Under the pieces are notes generated by a model. It worked only from the letters and a program-made list of their open reading frames with translations. It did no database searches and was not told the origin of the DNA. A stretch of 64,000 nucleotides of DNA, taken from NCBI GenBank assembly GCA_963754315.1, contig CAVWFS010000006.1:173759-237758 (forward strand), given 5' to 3'. This document shows, in pieces, positions 61,393 to 64,000 of this stretch (positions within the stretch are counted from its first letter, which is position 1; each line of letters opens with the position of its first letter). The translations under genes and the position numbers were made by a program. The stretch comes from an uncultured Candidatus Rokubacteria bacterium (lineage in GTDB: Bacteria > Methylomirabilota > Methylomirabilia > Rokubacteriales > CSP1-6).

Positions 61393-61836
61393 AACGCGGC
61401 CAGGCGCGAAGCGCACAGCGGCACACCTGCTCCGGAAGCGGAGGTCGACGAAGTGGACGGCATGGCAAAAAAGCTCATCTTGCTCTCGCTGGACACCCTG
61501 CTGACCGAGTGCCGCGAGCGGAAGGTCGCTATCGTCTGGGTCGCGCCGGTGACCACGCCAGAGTGGTTTCGGCATGATCCCGGCCTCCCCGTCTTACGAG
61601 CCGGGTGCTGGTGACGGCCACGCCCTGAGAACGGTCGGCTCATCGAGTGGCGCCATTGGGTCGGGCGCGCGCTCGCGGAGGTCAGTGAGGATGGCCTCCG
61701 GCCGCCGCCGTGGCTTCGCCGGAAGATCGACGAGGCGCTAAGCACGATCACCAAGCGCGTCGACGACGAGGGCTTCGAGATCCGCGAGGGTCTCCTAGCC
61801 TCAGACGCCGTCACCGTCGACACTTTCCGGCTATGA
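61390..61836 (+). CDS. Hypothetical protein with in-frame TGA at 61612-61614
   Basis: Frame stays open and protein-like for 73 codons after the TGA; stop overlaps the next ATG (ATGA). Confidence 0.55.
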
Positions 61837-62127
61837 CGAACACGATCCGGACCTGCCGTCGGGGCGCTCAAGGCATGATGTCGTTCACCGACGCGGCGCG
61901 ACAGGCAGGGAGCCAGCATGCGCACTTGCGAGCCGTCCGCGGATCGCCCGGTTGATCTCGAAGGCGACAAGTTCGAGGCTCGCCGAGGCCGGACTCAGGC
62001 GCGCGCCGATCTCCTTCGCCGCCGGGCAGAGGCGTGCCACAGTGAGATCAGCGCCCTTGAGGCAAGCCTCACGACCCTGCAGCGAAGAGAGCTGGATCGT
62101 GTCCGGGAGGCCGCGAAGTCTCGATGA
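61833..62127 (+). CDS. Small coiled-coil hypothetical protein (start and frame uncertain)
   Basis: ATG 61833 frame shifts to ARADLLRRRAEACHSEISALEASLTTLQRRE; stop overlaps next start. Confidence 0.4.
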
Positions 62128-62351
62128 TCGGCCGCTTTGATTGGCGACCCGGGCGGCTCAACGCGGCGGTCCGCGAAGCAACGCAAGGCAGCATGGTCCT
62201 GACCCTGGTGCACGGATCCGACGAATTGGTTTTCTCTCTGTCACCCGAGAGCCTCGACGCGCTCACCTGGGCGTGCCTGCGCGTGCCGCGCCCCAGGAGC
62301 GACGCGGAGCCGGAGCATCCCGCCGGTCCCGCTGATGACGAGGGTCTGTAG
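62124..62351 (+). CDS. Hypothetical protein
   Basis: 75 aa ORF coupled to neighbours (ATGA overlap; 2 nt to next start). Confidence 0.5.
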   Translation: MIGRFDWRPGRLNAAVREATQGSMVLTLVHGSDELVFSLSPESLDALTWACLRVPRPRSDAEPEHPAGPADDEGL

Positions 62352-62353
62352 GT

Positions 62354-63304
62354 GTGACGACGCCCGCTGAGACTGCGACCTCCGGGGAGCCCGGCGGCTC
62401 AGGGTCAGCGGACACCAGCGGGACTGCCTCGACGTCGGCGCCGGTCATTGGACGTGACGCGGAGTTGACGCGCCTGCGCGAGAACATGGCTACGGGGCGT
62501 CACACCCTCCTGGTCGGACCGATCGGGATCGGGAAGAGCTTCCTGCTCCGCAGCATCACCGCCGAGATCCCCACCACGCTTTACATCGAGCATACCCGCC
62601 CGCTCCGCCCGAGCCTCCTGGCCCTCTGCCGCGACCTGCACACGAGCTGGGCACCTCGCGTTCGCGGATCTCGACCCACCTGCGCCTGCCTGGTCCGACT
62701 GTTCCAAGAAGCTGGGGCGGCTCAACATCCGCGAGCTGACGGACGTCATCGTGGCGAGCCTCCACGGCCGGGGTCTCGTGCTGGCCCTGGACCAGCTCGA
62801 AGGGATCACGCCGTCGATGGCGCCCTCACTGGAGCGGCTCCTGGCGGAGGCCACGATTCTCGGGGCGACCGCCCGGCTGAAGCCCGGGCTGGAGAAGTTC
62901 TGGTGGTCGTTCGAACGGGTCGATGTCCCGCCGCTTGGCCGCGAGGACGCCCGGGCATTGCTGTGGCGGCTCACCGACGCGGCGGCGATCGGTGACCCGG
63001 AGATGGTCGAGACCAAGGTGCTGGCGCAGGCGGCAGGAAACCCGCACGCGATGGTCAGATGGCGCGCCAGGCGAGCGGCACCCCCAGACTGGGCGTCCAA
63101 GCCATCCGGGATCTCTGGCACGCTGCCGGCGTCCGCTACCTCGACCTGACGCCGTGGCTGCTCCTCCTCGGCGCTGGTTTCTCGGTCGCCAGGTTCGTGG
63201 CCCTTGGCCTGGACGACACCGACCTCTACATCATCGCGGGAAGCCTCGGCGCCCTGTTCCTTGTCGTTCGCTACTTCCTGTGGCGCTCCCGGACCCGCGA
63301 CTGA
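62354..63304 (+). CDS. AAA/P-loop ATPase with two C-terminal TM helices (frameshifts near 62660 and 63055)
   Basis: IGRDAEL, GPIGIGKS (Walker A), LALDQLE (Walker B), GNP motif, hydrophobic tail LTPWLLLLGAGF..LYIIAGSLGALFLVV. Confidence 0.8.
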
Positions 63305-63382
63305 CTGCGTGGGAAATCTCCGGCTGACCCTCCCCAGGGGAAAACCCACACACTCCCGCATTGCGCCGCGGGTGACCCCCGC

Positions 63383-64000
63383 ATGACGCCACGCCGTCTC
63401 AGCGTCATCCTGATGGTCGCCTCGCTGATCGTCGTGATCGAGCCCGCGACGGGATTCGCCGTTCCTCCTGGCCCCAGCCGGGCCGGTGCCCAGGACCTGA
63501 CTCCTCACCCGGATCTAGGACAGCTCTCCCTCGACGCTGTCGTGCAGCTGGCATTGGAGCACTCGCCTAAGCTCAAAGAGGCGCGAGTGAAGATGTTGCT
63601 TGCCCGGCTGGAGGTCCGGTCAACGGCCTGGTGGACATGGCTCATCCCGAGCGTGACGGCTTACCAGGGCTACGATCTCCTAGCCCAGCAGCAGCGCGCC
63701 GCCGTCGCGCTGTCCCTCGATCTCTCGAAGCTGCTCGGCAAGGGGGCGCAGGAAGCGGAGCGGGCGCGGCTCAGTCTCACCCAGAGCGAGCAAGCGCTTG
63801 AGGCGGCCCAAACGAGGTGATCGCCGAGGTGACAAAGGCCGTCTTTCACCGGGACGCCACGCGAGCGGCGGTAGCCGTGCGCGAGAAGGTCTTGGCGCAT
63901 GCCCTGAAGCTCCACGCCTTACACAGCATCCGCTTCAACCACGGCTCCGACGATCTGCCGACGCTGCTCCAGGCCGAGGCCTCGTTTGCTCGCGCCCAGC
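63383..64000 (+). CDS. TolC/outer-membrane efflux-like protein (frameshift near 63815; runs off window)
   Basis: Signal peptide, LSLDAVVQLALEHSPKL, coiled-coil segments, DLPTLLQAEA. Confidence 0.65.

Larger units (their letters stand above)
56824..64000 (+). mobile_element. tRNA-Val-integrated element (prophage-, satellite- or IME-like), extends past window end
   Basis: Starts at tRNA 3' end; co-oriented overlapping small ORFs plus phage-type replication and nuclease genes; no housekeeping genes. Confidence 0.8.

Noticed and set aside
61198..61393. C-terminal extension of the replication initiator to 61393
   Set aside because: This stretch is the duplicated non-coding promoter module; a frameshift near 61120 gives a more plausible stop at 61197

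Overview
High-GC bacterial chromosomal window. Gene content (DZR-cyclase-AAA-TPR protein, PEP-CTERM protein, G/C-run palindromic repeats) suggests Candidatus Rokubacteria/Methylomirabilota; this is inference, not a search result. Many essential genes carry single-base frameshifts (polA, coaE, glnE, rnj, pal, recX), so this looks like an imperfectly polished long-read assembly. Bases 1-56000 are mostly housekeeping: gltX, glnB-glnE-polA-coaE-rsmA, pal, rnj-ftsK, lolA-yajQ-rimO-pgpA-thpR, recA-recX-alaS, a divergent polyamine cluster (pdaD-speB-methyltransferase / speD-speE), maf, murG, ddl, rarA, two large TPR proteins and an aldehyde:ferredoxin oxidoreductase. From about 56400 the window enters an integration hotspot. 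It holds a decayed tyrosine integrase whose 3' end carries the promoter of a tRNA-Val(TAC) lacking exactly positions 39-72, then a terminator and arm-like repeats. An integrated element follows and runs off the window. It encodes PD-(D/E)XK and HNH-like nucleases, a Prim-Pol/PriCT/DnaB fusion, a replication initiator, a membrane-anchored AAA ATPase and a TolC-like protein. Its two gene blocks are each headed by a diverged copy of one ~180 bp sigma-54-type promoter module with GCAAC repeats at 11-bp spacing. Other notable items: a palindromic repeat family with one copy translated in frame inside thpR, mirror-image divergent promoters in the polyamine cluster, and a probable pseudo-histidine kinase.
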